DNA of 64,000 nucleotides from the human T2T-CHM13v2.0 reference genome, Homo sapiens, in the NCBI RefSeq assembly GCF_009914755.1, contig NC_060935.1, one strand, 5' to 3'. Below the pieces are notes generated by a model that had not been told where the DNA came from, made no database searches, and worked only from the letters and a program-made list of their open reading frames with translations. How positions within the stretch are numbered: the stretch's first letter is position 1; each line of letters opens with the position of its first letter. The translations under genes and the position numbers were made by a program. This document shows positions 1-22,150 of the stretch, in pieces.

Positions 1-304
1 GGGAACAACCAGGCAGGAAACTGCTACGAAAGCATAATGGCCTCAATCAGGGCTAGAATAGTGAGAAGAGATCCTGGAATCTTCAGTTTACTTAGGAAAA
101 CATGGTTGCTATTCTTCCAGGGCATAGGATGGTGACAGGTATATTGGAAACCCTCACACATTTGTTGAATGAAGAAATGGCCAAACAACAGCTGCCTTCT
201 TTGAGTGGTTCTGTGAATTATAAGAACAATAGATGATAAAGAATATGCAGCAAGCAGTGCGTGGTGGGACCAATCACTAATACAAAAAAAAGTGGGGAGG
301 GGTG

Positions 305-1210
<906 letters not shown>

Positions 1211-1714
1211 GATGTAATAAAATATTAGATTTAGTTAGTTTAGGCTTTACAGTTATATCTATATCTAACGTATTTTCATTGAATATGGTAAAATGTGTTT
1301 TATGCTGAACTCTCCAGCTCCTAATCTTCCCTTCCTCCAAAATGAAATCATTGTTTTTATAACAGAATTTTTTATTTCTCTGAATGTTTTAGAAACAGAG
1401 TACCTTGGGAATGATAGTAAGGAGTTAAAAAAAAGAAATAGAATCCTTAGATTACAACAGACTGTAAAAGAAACATTGGGGACAGCAACTATGAAAAAAA
1501 GGTATGGTTCCTAACTTGAGAGAACTGACAATCTTGAAGGAGACAGAAAATATGTACACCTATTATATGTGTAATATATATGAAAACTGTATGAAAATAT
1601 GTACATTATATGAAAATATGTACAATGAAAATACTATAAACTAGGCACAATTTAAATATGTTATCTTCAGAGTAAAATGAATCTAAGAATAAGACTTAGC
1701 AACATATATTTCTT

Positions 1715-2038
<324 letters not shown>

Positions 2039-2212
2039 TAAAAATTTACAATAATCTAATATCCATACTTGCATTCTGATATAACTAAGCATTGTGTAGC
2101 AAGATACTTTATACATTAATCAGTTATATAAATAAGACTTGTATTATCTTCCTTAGAGCTAAAGAAAACATGCCAAGTGCCAAAATAAGTGCTCTAAAAG
2201 CTTTCATTCAAG

Positions 2213-2828
<616 letters not shown>

Positions 2829-3182
2829 AGCTCCCATTCTATCTTCACAACCACCCTAAAGGAAGTTTGTTTACTCATCAGACAAATATTTGAGTATCTA
2901 CTACATGCCAGACAATGAATAAAACAGACAAAAATTCCCACCTTCATGGAAATTACATTCTAGAGGGAGGAGGAGAAAGAACTAATAAGTTCACCATATA
3001 GTATGTTAAATTATGGTAAGATCCATGGAGAAATATAAAACAGGGAAGAGGCATGGAAAATGTTGCATGGCGATTTCTGATAGGGTAGTTGCTGAAAGAA
3101 TTTACTGAATCCCTATCTAATAGATGAGGAGGAAATTGAGGCTCAGATCAAGATAAACCATTTGCCCATGGTCTCCAGGTTA

Positions 3183-3976
<794 letters not shown>

Positions 3977-5693
3977 AGGAATAACTTTCTACTTCAGGAT
4001 TTGTTGCCTCGTTTCACATCCACATTAATTTTTACAAAAGAGTTGTGAATGGCCTAAGATCTTTGGTTAACGTTATGTTCTTGGAAAAGCTGAGAAGAGA
4101 TTAAAATAATAATTAGCCAGAGATAGTCAAAGGACACATTGTGGAGCAACATTCAGCCTATGAAAAGATTCTGTGCAAATCCTGGACAAGTCTTACCTCC
4201 TCCTTACTGCTGCTGTGACCGCTTCTATTTAGTTCAACAAGAAGTATTTATTTTATGTCCCAAGGGTGCCTAGCACAACTCAGATGTTCTTTGGCAACTC
4301 CTTTTATTAAACTGAGATGGATCCTTTTCAGCCACCTGAGCCTGTCTCTTAGCATTGAGGTGTTCTTGTCACTGGAACATCTAAAGTTGGCAGTCCCAGC
4401 TTGTCTCAAGTAGTTCAGCTACCGCAAATAACCTGGGTGCTAGGACATATATTTAATTTTCTTCCTTTGGACTACAGATAATATCTTTTTCAAATGAAGT
4501 TAGAGCACTTTACCAATTTTTCCTACTTAAATTCTGGAAGGAACATAGCGGTAAGTACCACACCCTCACCTGTCAAGTGGACAGAGGTTAAATGACTCAC
4601 TCAAATTGTATAGAGAATTACTGAAGGAGTCAGGAGAACAACCTGTCAACTTCTAGTTTATTTTCTAAAACACAAGATCAGTAGTTCTCAATCTTTTTGT
4701 GTTCACAACATACATTTGAATACTAGATTTCTTAGCAATTTGAAGGAATCAAAAGACTCAGAGAACAGTAAAGTCAGCAATAATAAAAACACAAATCACT
4801 TACAGTAAGACAATGTCTCCTAGTCCTTATCTGGTGGCCTTCGGAACTATGTCACTGAGTCACTGAGCAGAGCTGTTCTCCCTGCCCTGTCACCTGCTCA
4901 CCAGGCAAACTCCACACATGCTCCAGGAAACACAGGCTTGCTCTTTGGTACCAGTCCCTTACCTCTTGCTCATACCAACTTATAAATCCCACTCTAGAAC
5001 ACAGTGTGACTTCCTCAACCTCAAATCAACCTGATATTACAGTAACAGTTTTAGTAAAGGTATATTTTACACACTGATCAAAACTTATTGGCATACAAGA
5101 GTGCTAGATCATGTTAGGAAAGTCAGTCTGCCTGCCTTCAGGAAAGCAAAGCCTCCTCAATTAAGAGGTCAACTTGAATTTAGTGGTTAATTAATACTTT
5201 AATGCAACGTCACTGGAAAATAAGCAATTGACAAGTAGTGCCAAAGGCACTCATTAAAGACTACATCCTCCTGTATCATGTCAGCATGACAGCCTCTGTG
5301 ATAGCCAGGAAGAGACAACTGACCTCATCAAAGGAAGCTAAAGCTGGAAAGACACTGCAATACCCCAAAAAAGCTTTCTGAGGAAAAGAAGCCTGTGTAC
5401 ATCTGGTTTGAGTGCCAGGAACTTTAGGTGTGTTTAAGTGACACAGAGAAAAGTAGAGAGGGTGATAACTTGCATTTTTGTAACACATTTCTCTGATAGG
5501 ATGAGTATTGTATTGACATCTTTGGATAAAGCCCTAACATAAAACAAAGTTAATTCTTCCTGTTACTTGTGGGGGAAACTGTCACAGAGTGATATAATGA
5601 TCAGTGATAAAGAATCAGAAAAAATCCAGGATTTCTGGAGGTAGAATAGCAATAATAAGTATTGAAAAGGCAGAAAAATAATGGATCCTTTAA

Positions 5694-5999
<306 letters not shown>

Positions 6000-6268
6000 C
6001 AGGATCCTTTAAGGATTCTTAAAGAAGGTAACTTAATTTTTCCTGTTAAAAATTCCCAACACTTAGTGTAGGACCTACCTAGCACATAGTAGCACTCAAG
6101 AAGTATATTCCAATGAATACACACAAACTTGAAAATAGGACTATATTACTCCTTAGAATAGCAATGAGGAGATCCCTGAACTTTTACTGGTTCAGGGTGC
6201 TGCCCTGATTTAGGAAGAAAAAAAAAAAAGAGTAGCAATAAATGTGGTGGTAAAATCAGTCAGTTTGA

Positions 6269-6805
<537 letters not shown>

Positions 6806-8881
6806 TAGTACTCATTCTGGATTTTCCCTATGGCTAGCAGGTAAAGTTAAGTTCAAGGAAAGAAATACAGTACTGGTTCACTGAGGGCAGCTAACCCATA
6901 TCAGAGCCAGAACAGTGAAAAAAAACAAAAAGCAAGATAGTCGAAAGAGAAAGAACACAGTGTGCGCTTGAGAAATGGACATTTTAAGGCTCAGCCTGAC
7001 AAAGTCCGCATATATGTATAACATGAGGAGGATGACATTATGTTCCCATAGGATCAACCTGAGTACTTGGAGAGGAGATGAGAGGAGAAAATGAGTGAGG
7101 TGAATTGAATATATCTTAAACTGAAAAACAGTCTTATCAATAGAAAAAAAATTAAAGTATTTTAGGTTCTTCTGCAAAGTAGAATAGCAACCCAACTAAC
7201 TTCAAACCCTAGTCAGCCTATCTGGCAGGCAGCCTCCAGCGCCCAGTGCTACCTATAACTTGGAATGCAAAGTATTAATTATGAATAAGAGAAGAATTCA
7301 AGTCCTTGGTTTCCTTACAAGAAAGTAGTTATGGGTGTGTCTCCATGACATTTGCTAACGTTCAACGTTTAAGAACATCAAAGCCAAAAGGGAAGATAGA
7401 CAAAATATTCAACAGTTTAATGTCCAGGTTCCAGGTTGGAAAAGGAACAGACAAGCATACATTTCTTTGAGGGGGTAGACTGGACCTTAATTCCACATGT
7501 ATTAGTTTGCTGTATTCTTTGATTGAGTCTATTTCTCTGTATACAAAAATCCCCTCCCATCACAGACTATCCAATGAAAAATGAAAATGAGAGACAGAGG
7601 AATCCTAGGATAATTCAATTTGTCAAATTCAGAAGGCCCAAGGACTCAAAATTCCAACCCTTTCCTTCAGAGACAGAGCCCCTGAGGCCATTCCCAGTTT
7701 GATAATTTGTTTCAGTTATGCTCCCCACACAAAAGTTATGAGTCATATAAAACTGTAAAATGTCAAATAGTCAACTTGCAACCATCATCACTTTGCTCTG
7801 GATACGAGAATCCCGTAATTTCTTGTCGCATACTTCTTTTTTACTGTAAGGTCTCAGATTCGGAGAAAGGTGGAACAGGAAACTGTGGCATTCACAAGAA
7901 AGAAGGCAAAGAAAGCAGGCAGCTTCAAATAAAGGATATACTAAAATATCAAGACTAAAATGATTTTTTTCAGGAATTCTAAACCCTAACAGCTATTCTC
8001 CAGGTGTCGGAAAAGAACACTGTTCCCCTCCATAGCTGCATTAGCCTTTCAGAAAATGGTCACTCTTCCATATAGGGGAGACACTAATATCACAAAGGAA
8101 AAGGTGGAGAGCTGCACTCAGTGCCTGAAAACAATGACTGATGAGTCCACACAAACCAAACCTCCAACACACAGTACCCAGAAATAATAACAGAGAAGAG
8201 GAAAAAGTGTCCATGAAGTTGAGAGGGGAAATCAGCCAGTCAGTGTTTCCTTCAGCACTATTACCTCCAAATCCCATGGCCAATTTCTCTGTTAGTTCCA
8301 TCCAGTGGCAGCTCAAGAAATTCTATAAATGAGTCTCAGGGTTGGCAGGTGAACGAGTAGGGTGTGCACAAGTTAGGTGACTTGTCTTGAAGCTGCCGGC
8401 AGAGCAAGCACACTGTTTTTCACTTAGATGGTGTATTTTTAGGGGTGGCTTGTGGTTAGATAATAGTGGTGGGGAGATACGTAAAGAGTCCCAAGCCAAC
8501 CCGTGGTGCTGGTACTGCTTCTATCCCATAGGACCTTCACATTCTTCCCAGGTAAGACATAGATTAGAATAGCCAGAAACTTATTCACAGCATGTGCTCC
8601 TAAACTGTCCCTGTGGCCTCTCCACCTAGAACATGGGAGTGAAGAAACTGGGCATTTTAAACAATTTACTCCAGCTTTGCACTGATATTTTCAGTTTTAA
8701 TTAGTTTGCAAAATAAGCTATACAACATTTTACCACTTTTCCCCAGTTGCTTCACATCAGCAGAATCCAGAAAAATATTTAGACCAAGAAACACTTTGTG
8801 GCTTTTATAAGCTCTCAGTTAGCTCCTGTGTTAGCTCTATTAGTTCTGCCTTAAAGAAAATCAAGTTCAAATTCTGCTTAA

Positions 8882-9271
<390 letters not shown>

Positions 9272-9372
9272 CTAGCTCAATCTCATCACCACAACCTCTA
9301 ACTCTTATCAGACAAAAAAGGATAAGGCCGAGTTTTCATTAGGGAGAGTCTTTGTCTCTTTAAAGATACTTC

Positions 9373-9686
9373 TTTTTTTTTTTTTTGAGACAGGATCTTG
9401 CTCTGTCACTCAGACTGGAGTGCAGTGATGTGATCTCTGCTCAATGCAGCCTCTGCCTCCCAGGCTCTAATGATCCTCCCACCTCAGCCTCCTGAGTAGC
9501 TGGAACTGTGGAACTACATGCACATGCTACCAAGCTCAGCTAATTTCTGGAAAAAAAAAAAAAAAAACTTTTTGTAGAGATGAGCTCTCACTATGTTGCC
9601 CAGGCTGGGCTTTCCTGGGTGCAAGCAATCCTCCCACCTTGGCCTACTGTGCTGGGATTACAGGCTTGAGCCACTGTGCCCAGCCT
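9373..9686 (-). mobile_element. AluJ-like
   Basis: Diverged reverse Alu with poly(T). Confidence 0.85.
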
Positions 9687-9828
9687 CTTTGAGGACACGT
9701 CTTTATTGTACATAGGCTATACCATTTTGAATGCACATGCCTAGGATAATATCCAGGGTTTATCAACAGCAGAGCCCCCAGCCCATCAGCGACTGAGGTG
9801 GTTCTAAAAGTACATCAAGGAAGTCCTA

Positions 9829-10087
<259 letters not shown>

Positions 10088-10422
10088 GAATGACTGGTGA
10101 ATATACTGAATTTGTCTCTATGTGACCTGAGGCCCAATCTATGCAATTCACATTTGGTCCCCATAAAATAGTTTTTAACCAATCTCAATAATGCCAAGTA
10201 AAAGCTAAGTCCTATGCTTGAGAATAGCTGAATTCTTGCTTCTCCCAACCACTGCTATAAGAAAGCATAATATGCCACAGTAATTGGGCACACAAAAATT
10301 CCTTGCCTTAGTTTTTAGGAACTTTTCTTCTGAGTTGCTTCTGTTCAAGGAGCTCTGGATTATAAATGATGCCACGGGTACAGGTTCACTTACAGCAAAT
10401 TAGTAAGTGCTTGCACAGTTAA

Positions 10423-11273
<851 letters not shown>

Positions 11274-11328
11274 GCAATGTGTTCAGAGTGTGCTAGCAGG
11301 CTACCTCAGATTTCAAAGCCTACTTAGT

Positions 11329-12530
<1,202 letters not shown>

Positions 12531-13440
12531 TAATGGCCAAAGCTATACCACTTCCCAGGGTTGTGCAACCCTCATCCCAATACATGCGTCTTTTCCTTCT
12601 TTGCTCTAGATCAACATGTGTACCTTAAAAGCAACTGGCAGTTTTTTGTTCTCTGAGTCATAAAACAAAATAATTCATTTTATTTTTTCTTCTAGTCCAG
12701 ATCTAGAGATTATTGCTGAAGTTTAACCAAAGTCAGCCTTATTATCTCAAAACAACCAGAGAGAGGCTCTTTGCTCTACAACTTTGGAAGCTACATACAT
12801 GAAAAAAATATATACATACTGCAAGTCCCAGGGAATGATTTCAAGGAAGGACTACCTTTTGACAGAGCTAAAGCTGCTGATAGAAGAGGAAAATTTCACT
12901 GCCATCCAACTATCTCTCCTTTACGTATAGAGACCAATGAGGGGTTTGGGGCACAGCCTCTTAAAGAGGGATCTCTAACCCTTCACTAGCCAAATAAATT
13001 TTCTCAACTAGGCTCCCCCTCAAATTTGCTGATACTTAAAGGTCTGGAAAACTTCAGTAGAAGGAAAATGCCAATAGCAACTTAATGTCCTCTTGGCTCT
13101 TTTGGCTGACTTCCCTGTGCCTGGGTCTTGACTATTAATTGAATGCTGTTCAGATTCCATCTCAAAAACAAATGAGGATGGAGACCAGAGGCCTGCCGTC
13201 CCCAGACTGATAAGAGCAGCACGGTGCAATTACACCCAAACAGCTCTGTTTTGGAATGTAATCACCGCCCCAGCCTTCTTCCCAAAGGGATGGCAACAGT
13301 GTAATTACCACTACACAATTCATTGTTTGGGAATATAATTCTTCTACAGGGCCCTCTTTCTAGGGGAAAGGATCTGCGACAAGGATATAAGAGCATAGTA
13401 GCCCCCTCCCCAGTAGCAGTCTTCTGAGCTGAACACACTA

Positions 13441-13716
13441 TTTTTGTTTTTGTTTTTGTGATGGAGTTTTGCTCTTGTTGAGCTCAGCACACTGCAAACT
13501 CTGCCTCCCGGGTTCAAGTGATTCTCCTGCCTCAGCCTCCTGAGTAGCTGGGATTACAGGCATGCGTCACCATGCCTGGCTAATTTTATATTTTTAGCAG
13601 AGATAGGGTTTCTCCATGTTGGTCAGGCTGGTCTCGAACTCCCGACTTCAGGTGATCGGCCTGCCTCGGCCTCCCAAAGTGCTGGGATTACAGGCATGAT
13701 CTACCGCGCCCGGCCT
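13441..13716 (-). mobile_element. AluSp-like (internal deletion in right arm)
   Basis: GGGTTTCTCCATGTTGGTCAGGCTGG diagnostic; CTATTTTTGTT flanks. Confidence 0.85.
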
Positions 13717-13809
13717 ATTTTTGTTCTCTGAAGGTAAAGCCTGAGATTAGATTTTAGCCTGTTTTTCTACCAACAAAGAATCAGATCACACCCCATGGTG
13801 GTTCTGTTG

Positions 13810-13995
13810 GAAAAGAGCAGGACTGCCTGAGGTCCAACTCCCACTCTGTCAAGTACTAGCTGTGGTTTTGGGTAAAATACTTCATCTCTTTTAGCCTCAG
13901 TTTCCTCATCTGTAAAAATGACAGTGTATCATAGCAATGCTGCTGGTGATTAATATGTGAGAAGTGCTTGGAACAGTACTTGGTATAGAACAAAT
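13810..13995 (+). mobile_element. MIR
   Basis: Core CCTCAGTTTCCTCATCTGTAAAAATG. Confidence 0.7.
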
Positions 13996-14074
13996 GTTCT
14001 TAGGGGTTTTGTTTACCAAATTTGAAATATCATATTCCAAAGTCCTCACGTTTTGCAAGTTTTGGTTACTACAT

Positions 14075-14220
14075 CCTTGTAGTATAATTCGAAGTCAGGT
14101 AATGTGATGTGATGTTTCCAGCTTTGTGTTTTGTTTTGTTGTTGTTGTTTTTGCTTAGGATTGCTTTGGCTATTCAGGCTCTTTTCTGGCTCCCTATGAA
14201 TTTTAGGATTGTTTTTCTCT
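14075..14220 (-). mobile_element. L1 ORF2 fragment
   Basis: CCTTGTAGTATAATTCGAAGTCAGGTAATGTGATG...CCAGCTTTG...GCTTAGGATTGCTTTGGCTATTC. Confidence 0.75.
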
Positions 14221-14782
14221 ATAATACTACTTCATGGCCAAATCTAAGCTTGAGTTACTAAATTCTGTCTTTTCACTACCCCTCTGCAGTTCAGCATGAT
14301 GGGCAATGTTTTGGATAATTGTAAATGCTGTTATAGAACTGTCACAATCTCAGAGCTATTTGTCTGGGTGAAACTTCACTCTAATGAGCAGGAGTGACTG
14401 CGGATATTTCCATGTCATTCCTTTATGTTACCAGTCCAACGGAAACCGTAAAAGACTGTTGTGAACACTTGCTGTTGGGAGTCAGCAAATATTACAAAAA
14501 GCAGCCACTGGCACTAACTATATCAATATGGTAGATTCTGGAGACAACTCACCTTTCTAGCCAGCTTCATTTGTGAAAATAAATGTCCCTCACATGTTTA
14601 CTGTGCACCCCACTTCACAGGAACAAGGAGAAACCCTTGTTCCCAATGGGGACTTCTACCCTTTACCTCCTGTCTAGCTTTCCCTTGTTCCTTTGTACCC
14701 TGGACCAGTTAACTTCCCTGCATTAGGAAGGAATCTTTTTGGCTTCTACTTTACCAGCTATGAGCCACAAGAGTAAAAACCA

Positions 14783-15957
<1,175 letters not shown>

Positions 15958-16704
15958 GGTAAAAAGAAGGAGGTAGGGGGTTAGTTAGCATGGGTTATTA
16001 ACTTCCAGCATTCATACTGCTCACTTTGGTAAAAACTACTGAAGTAGATGGGACAGTAAAGAGGATTGTTCCAAGTCTCTTTACTCACCCTGTAAAGACA
16101 GTCTCTCATGTTATAGGGCTATTGAGGTGAGTCCCTGGGTTTATCATAGGCTCAGCTCACTGCAGCTTTGTGCCATGCACAAGGGGCCCAAGGTAGGGGA
16201 TATCTAATCCTAAAGAAAGTTTGAAATGTAAAGAAATATAACAAAGAAAGCTGCTGCTTCCACTGGAAAATATGGGTTTTGACCTCACATTTGGCCTTCT
16301 CTTTCCTCACATGTCCTCTGCAGATTTCTAGATCATTGCATTTGTTCTGAGGGGTTGCAAAACATGTCAAAGCACATACTAATCATAACCTAAGAAGAGA
16401 GAAGTAAAAGAATTCTGGCATTATACTGAGTCATTATAGATTAGAGAGAATCTTCAGCTGGCACCTTCAAAATGAGCAGTAATTCCAAGGAGCACACAAC
16501 CATGGGATTTAATAATCTTTGAGATCATTTTAGGTCTAGGGAAGCCCCAGAGTACAGAGAACTTAAAGTACAAATAAATAGTGGCGCCTCAATCCAGACA
16601 TATGGACATTAAGATTTCTACTTTGTACTAACTTACATTCCCACTGACAGTGTATACGCATTCCCTTTCCACTGCATCCCTGCCACCACCTATACTTCTT
16701 TGGC

Positions 16705-17354
<650 letters not shown>

Positions 17355-18676
17355 TGACAGCTGTCCTTCCAGTGCCCCACTTACTCACGCTTATAGTCCC
17401 ACTCAAAAGATGAACGGGGACACATTTGCAGAGCTTCTTCAAACTGTACGAAAGACAAACTGGACTGAAAGTCCTTGATCCAAGCCCAGGCTTACACCCC
17501 ACCTCCCTTAGCTAATCTATCAAGACTGGTAGTTAAAGTCTCAGGGGAATTAGTAAATTTTTAGTGGCAGGGCTAAAACAAAACATAGATATTGGGCTAC
17601 TCCCTGGCTAGACAGTAAACTCCCTGAGGGCAGAATCATTTAATTATTTTGTAATACCCAAAGTGTTCTGGAAAATACTAAGCATTTAGAAAGTGCTGTG
17701 TACATTTTAAGGTGACAATACAGAAAGGGCACACGGGTAAAGCATAAGTGGGGAAAGATCAAGAGGAAATTTCCTGGGGAAAAGAGAGACAAAAGCACAG
17801 AAAAACTTACACATATAAAAGGAACAGAAAAGTTCATTGACAAGGCCCAGTATTTTTCCCTAGAAAAGCCTGAAGAAGCACAGGCAATTCAGCTTAGAAA
17901 CTGGGCCCCATGTTCTCAATAAGCACACTTCTCACTAGTGGTATAAGATAAGGTAAAGGGCTGGGGTAGAAAGGACTCGAATGCTCCAGTGACTGGTGGA
18001 CACCAAATAGGTAAAAGGCCCCGGGTGCTATAAGGCAACTGGGAAGGCTGAGTTCTCTGGGAGGAGTACTGCATTTACTTCTCTGTTTCCCAGGCAACAA
18101 AGCCAGCCTCTTATTCCCTTCACTTTCATCACTGGAGCAGAATGAAATGTAATTGGGTTAATTATTAAAGCAGCACTACCAGTACCACCACCACTAATTG
18201 TCCATTTATCTGGGGTTTATAAACAGCCATCTTAATTGATGTTGAGTTGGAATGTGCCACTCATGTTATCTGCCTGGCTACTGGGTACCAGATGGGTACA
18301 CGGCAGAAAGATAAAGGGAGATCAAAGAGATAAAGGACCCAACACCAGAAATATTATTCATTTCTGTTCACTTTCATCTAAGTAATATCACGATGGCCCT
18401 TAACTGCAGTCTCTATTATTAATCTATACCAGATTTGCCAGTTCAAGTGAAGATCTGCTATATAGTGATTAAGCAATTTGTTGTATTAGACAGCTATGCT
18501 ATCAGATGGTGAAATAAGGCTAATTCCTAAAAGTTAGCAAGCCTGAGGCTCTAGATGCCCACCCCAGTTGACTAAGTGAGACTAAAAAGTCCTCCTGAAA
18601 GTAATTCCCTAAGGAACCAGGGAAGTGGGGAACATCTAAGACCAGAGTACTGGTGTTTTTAAAAGAGACAAGAGGA

Positions 18677-19331
<655 letters not shown>

Positions 19332-19519
19332 AGAGATGAGAGGGGCAGAGGACAACCAAAAATAAAGTTAACAATAATAACAAGTAAATTGTTGTTAACC
19401 AAAAATAAAGTTAATAACAATTTTATTAACAAGTTAATAAAGTTAGATGAAAATAAAAGTAAATTTTATGAAAAGTATAGCTCTGTCTTTCCCACACCAG
19501 GCAACAAACAGAAGGATGC

Positions 19520-21555
19520 CTGAGAAAAGATTGTATTAATCAATAAGTTAACACCACATTGTTGGGTTTGTAATACATATAGATGTAATATTAATATATA
19601 TATAACAGCACAAAAGAGGTAGAAGGGAATGGAGCCACAGGGGAACAACAGATAGTGAAAAATGTTTCTATATCTTACCAGAATTAAGTCTGAATAAATT
19701 GGAAACTGATCCTGATAAAATACATTCAAAAATCAAAAAAGGAATTTAAAAGACACATTAGATGATACCCATTTAATACAAATGAAGTCAGTAAAGAAGG
19801 AACAGAGGAATAAAAACATCAGAAATACAAAAAACAAACAGTAAAATGGCAGACAAAAACCCAACTATATCAATGATAATATTAAATGTGAATGGACTAA
19901 ACAATCAAAAAGCAGAGATTGTCAGACTAGATAAAAAACAAGCTCCAATCATATGCTTTCTACCAGATACACATTTCAGATTCAAAGAGCTAAACAGGCT
20001 GAAAGTAAAAGGATGGAAAATGATATCTCATGTAATCAACAACCATAAAAGAACTGCAGTAGCTATATTAATATAAGAAAAAATTGACTTTAAGACAAAA
20101 AATATTACTAGACAGAGAGGGACAATGGTAAAATAGTTAATTCATCAGGAACACATATCAGTCGTAGACATATGTGCACCTAATGACAAAGTCACAAAAT
20201 ACATTAATCAAAAATTGACAAAATTGGGCCAGATGCAGTGGCTCACGCCTGTAACTCCAGCACTTTGGGAAGCTGGGGCAGGTAGATCCCTTGACATCAG
20301 GAGCTTAAGACCAGCCTGGCCAATATGGTGAAACCCCATCTCTACTAAAAATACAAAAATTAGCCAGGCCTGGGGGCACACGCCTGTAATCTCAGCTACT
20401 CAGGAGGCTGAGGCAGGAGAATCGCTTGAACCCAAGAGGCGGAAGTTGCAGTGAGCTGAGATTGCATCACTGGGCAACAGAGCGAGGCTCTGTCTCAAAA
20501 AAACAAAACAAAACAAAAAAAAAAACTGACAAAATTGAAGGGAAAAATACACAATTCAATAATAATAGAGATTTCAATACCCACTCTCAATAACTGACAA
20601 ACTAGATAGAAAATCAGCAAGGATATACAAAGCTGGAACAATAATATTGACCAAGTAGATTTAACCGACATCTACAGGACACTCCACTAAATAACTGCAG
20701 AATACACATTCTCCTCAAGCACATGGGTAACACTCTCTAGAAGAGCCTATATACTAAGCCATAAAACAAGTTCCAATAAAATTAAAATGAATAAAATCAC
20801 ACAAAGTATGTTCTCAGACCATGATCAAATTAAATAAGAGAACAACAGAAGGAAATTTGGGAAATTCAAAATATGGGAAAATTCAACAACACACTCCCAA
20901 AAAAGTAATAGGTCAAAGAAGTCGTACTGAGAAGTGACACCGTTCAGTAAAAAGGTTTTTTTGTTTTTTTGTGTTTTTTGAGACGGAGTCTTGCTCTGTC
21001 GCCCAAGTGCGGGGGCGAGATCTTGGCTCACTGCAAGCTCCGCCTCCCAGGTTAACGCCATTCTCCTGCCTCAGCCTCCAGAGTAGCTGGGACTACAGGC
21101 GCCCGCAACCGCCCGGTTAATTTTTTTTTTTATTACACTTTAAGTTTTAGGGTACATGTGCACAACGTGCAGGTTTGTTACATATGTATACATGTGCCAT
21201 GCTGGTGTGCTGCACCCATTAACTCATCATTTAACATTAGGTATACCTCCTAATGCTATCCCTCCCCCGCTCTCCCCACCCCACAACAGGCCCCGGTGTG
21301 TGATGTTCCCCTTCCTGTGTCCACGTGTTCTCATTGTTCAATTCTCACCTACATGCCTGGCTAATTTTTTGTATTTTTAGTAGAGATGAGGTTTCACCAC
21401 GTTAGCCAGGATGGTCTCAATCTCCTGACCTCATGATCCACCTGCCTCGGCCTCCCAAAGTGCTGGGATTACAGGCGTGAGCCACCGCACCTGGCCAGTT
21501 TTTCTTTTTTATATTTAAAAAGAAGAAGAAGGAGTCATAAGAGAAATTAGGATAA
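19520..21555 (+). mobile_element. Old L1M fragment covering the ORF2 endonuclease start, interrupted by Alus
   Basis: ORF 19846..20076 (ISMIILNVNGLN...IICFLPDTHFRFKELNRLKVKGWKMISH...AVAILI) resembles the L1 ORF2p APE-endonuclease N-terminus. Alu 20227-20525 has TSD AAAAA(T/C)TGACAAAATTG. Confidence 0.85.
20955..21496 (-). mobile_element. AluY-like, split by an L1PA 3'-end insertion (~21121-21351)
   Basis: TTTAAGTTTTAGGGTACATGTGCACAACGTGCAGGTTTGTTACATATGTATACATGTGCCATG is the primate L1 3' UTR end; Alu linker sequence is duplicated around it. Confidence 0.9.
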
Positions 21556-21959
21556 CTGGGCACAAAGCCATCTCTTGCTCAAGACACTGGACCAGGCCGT
21601 AATGACCTGTGGCTAGGAGCAAGAAAACCCTGACACTTCCCATTGATTTTAATCAAAACAGTAAATTAAGTATATCAGGTCCACATCTGCTAGGAGCAGA
21701 TGCTCATTAGGATGAAAGTCAAAAAGATTATGCAGGACAGACAGCTAATACCCCACATTACCCAGGCCCCTATTCCTCAGAAGTTTTTTGTTCTTCCAGT
21801 AATTACCAGGAAGCTGTCAAATGCCAAGCTTCTTATTTCACTTTTATGAGGCCTCAAACATGCAGAAAAATATTATAAGCTTAAGAACCTTTTGGCAGAT
21901 ATTCCCTACTTGAACTCAAACAAAACATGGCACAGACGACAGAACAGAACTCTTCTAAG

Positions 21960-22150
21960 AGTCAGGAAGACCCGGTTTAAAATTCCAGGTCAGCCTCTCA
22001 CAGTGATATTGGGCAAGTGACATAACTTTCTGAGCCTCAGTTTTCTTCCCTACAGAATGGAAATGCTACCACCTACCTCACAGGGTTGTTGCAAAGATGA
22101 AAAGAGATAACGTGGGAAAGACAGTACCTGGTCCACGGTAGGCACTCAGC
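21960..22150 (+). mobile_element. MIR
   Basis: TTGGGCAAGTGACATAACTTTCTGAGCCTCAGTTTTC...ACCTACCTCACAGGGTTGTTG. Confidence 0.75.

Noticed and set aside
1546-1640. Imperfect repeats of ATGAAAATATGTACA
   Set aside because: AT-rich low-complexity slippage with no regular repeat-spacer structure.
16081-16105. ctgtctttacag-G-gtgagt, resembling a recursive splice site
   Set aside because: One extra G separates AG and GT, the pyrimidine tract is short, and no plausible exon partner was found.
19846-20076. Endonuclease-like ORF
   Set aside because: Decayed L1 ORF2 fragment with frameshifts and stops; not a functional gene.
21684-21702. Palindromic double E-box CATCTGCT-AGG-AGCAGATG
   Set aside because: An 8-bp stem is expected by chance at this window size; no supporting context.
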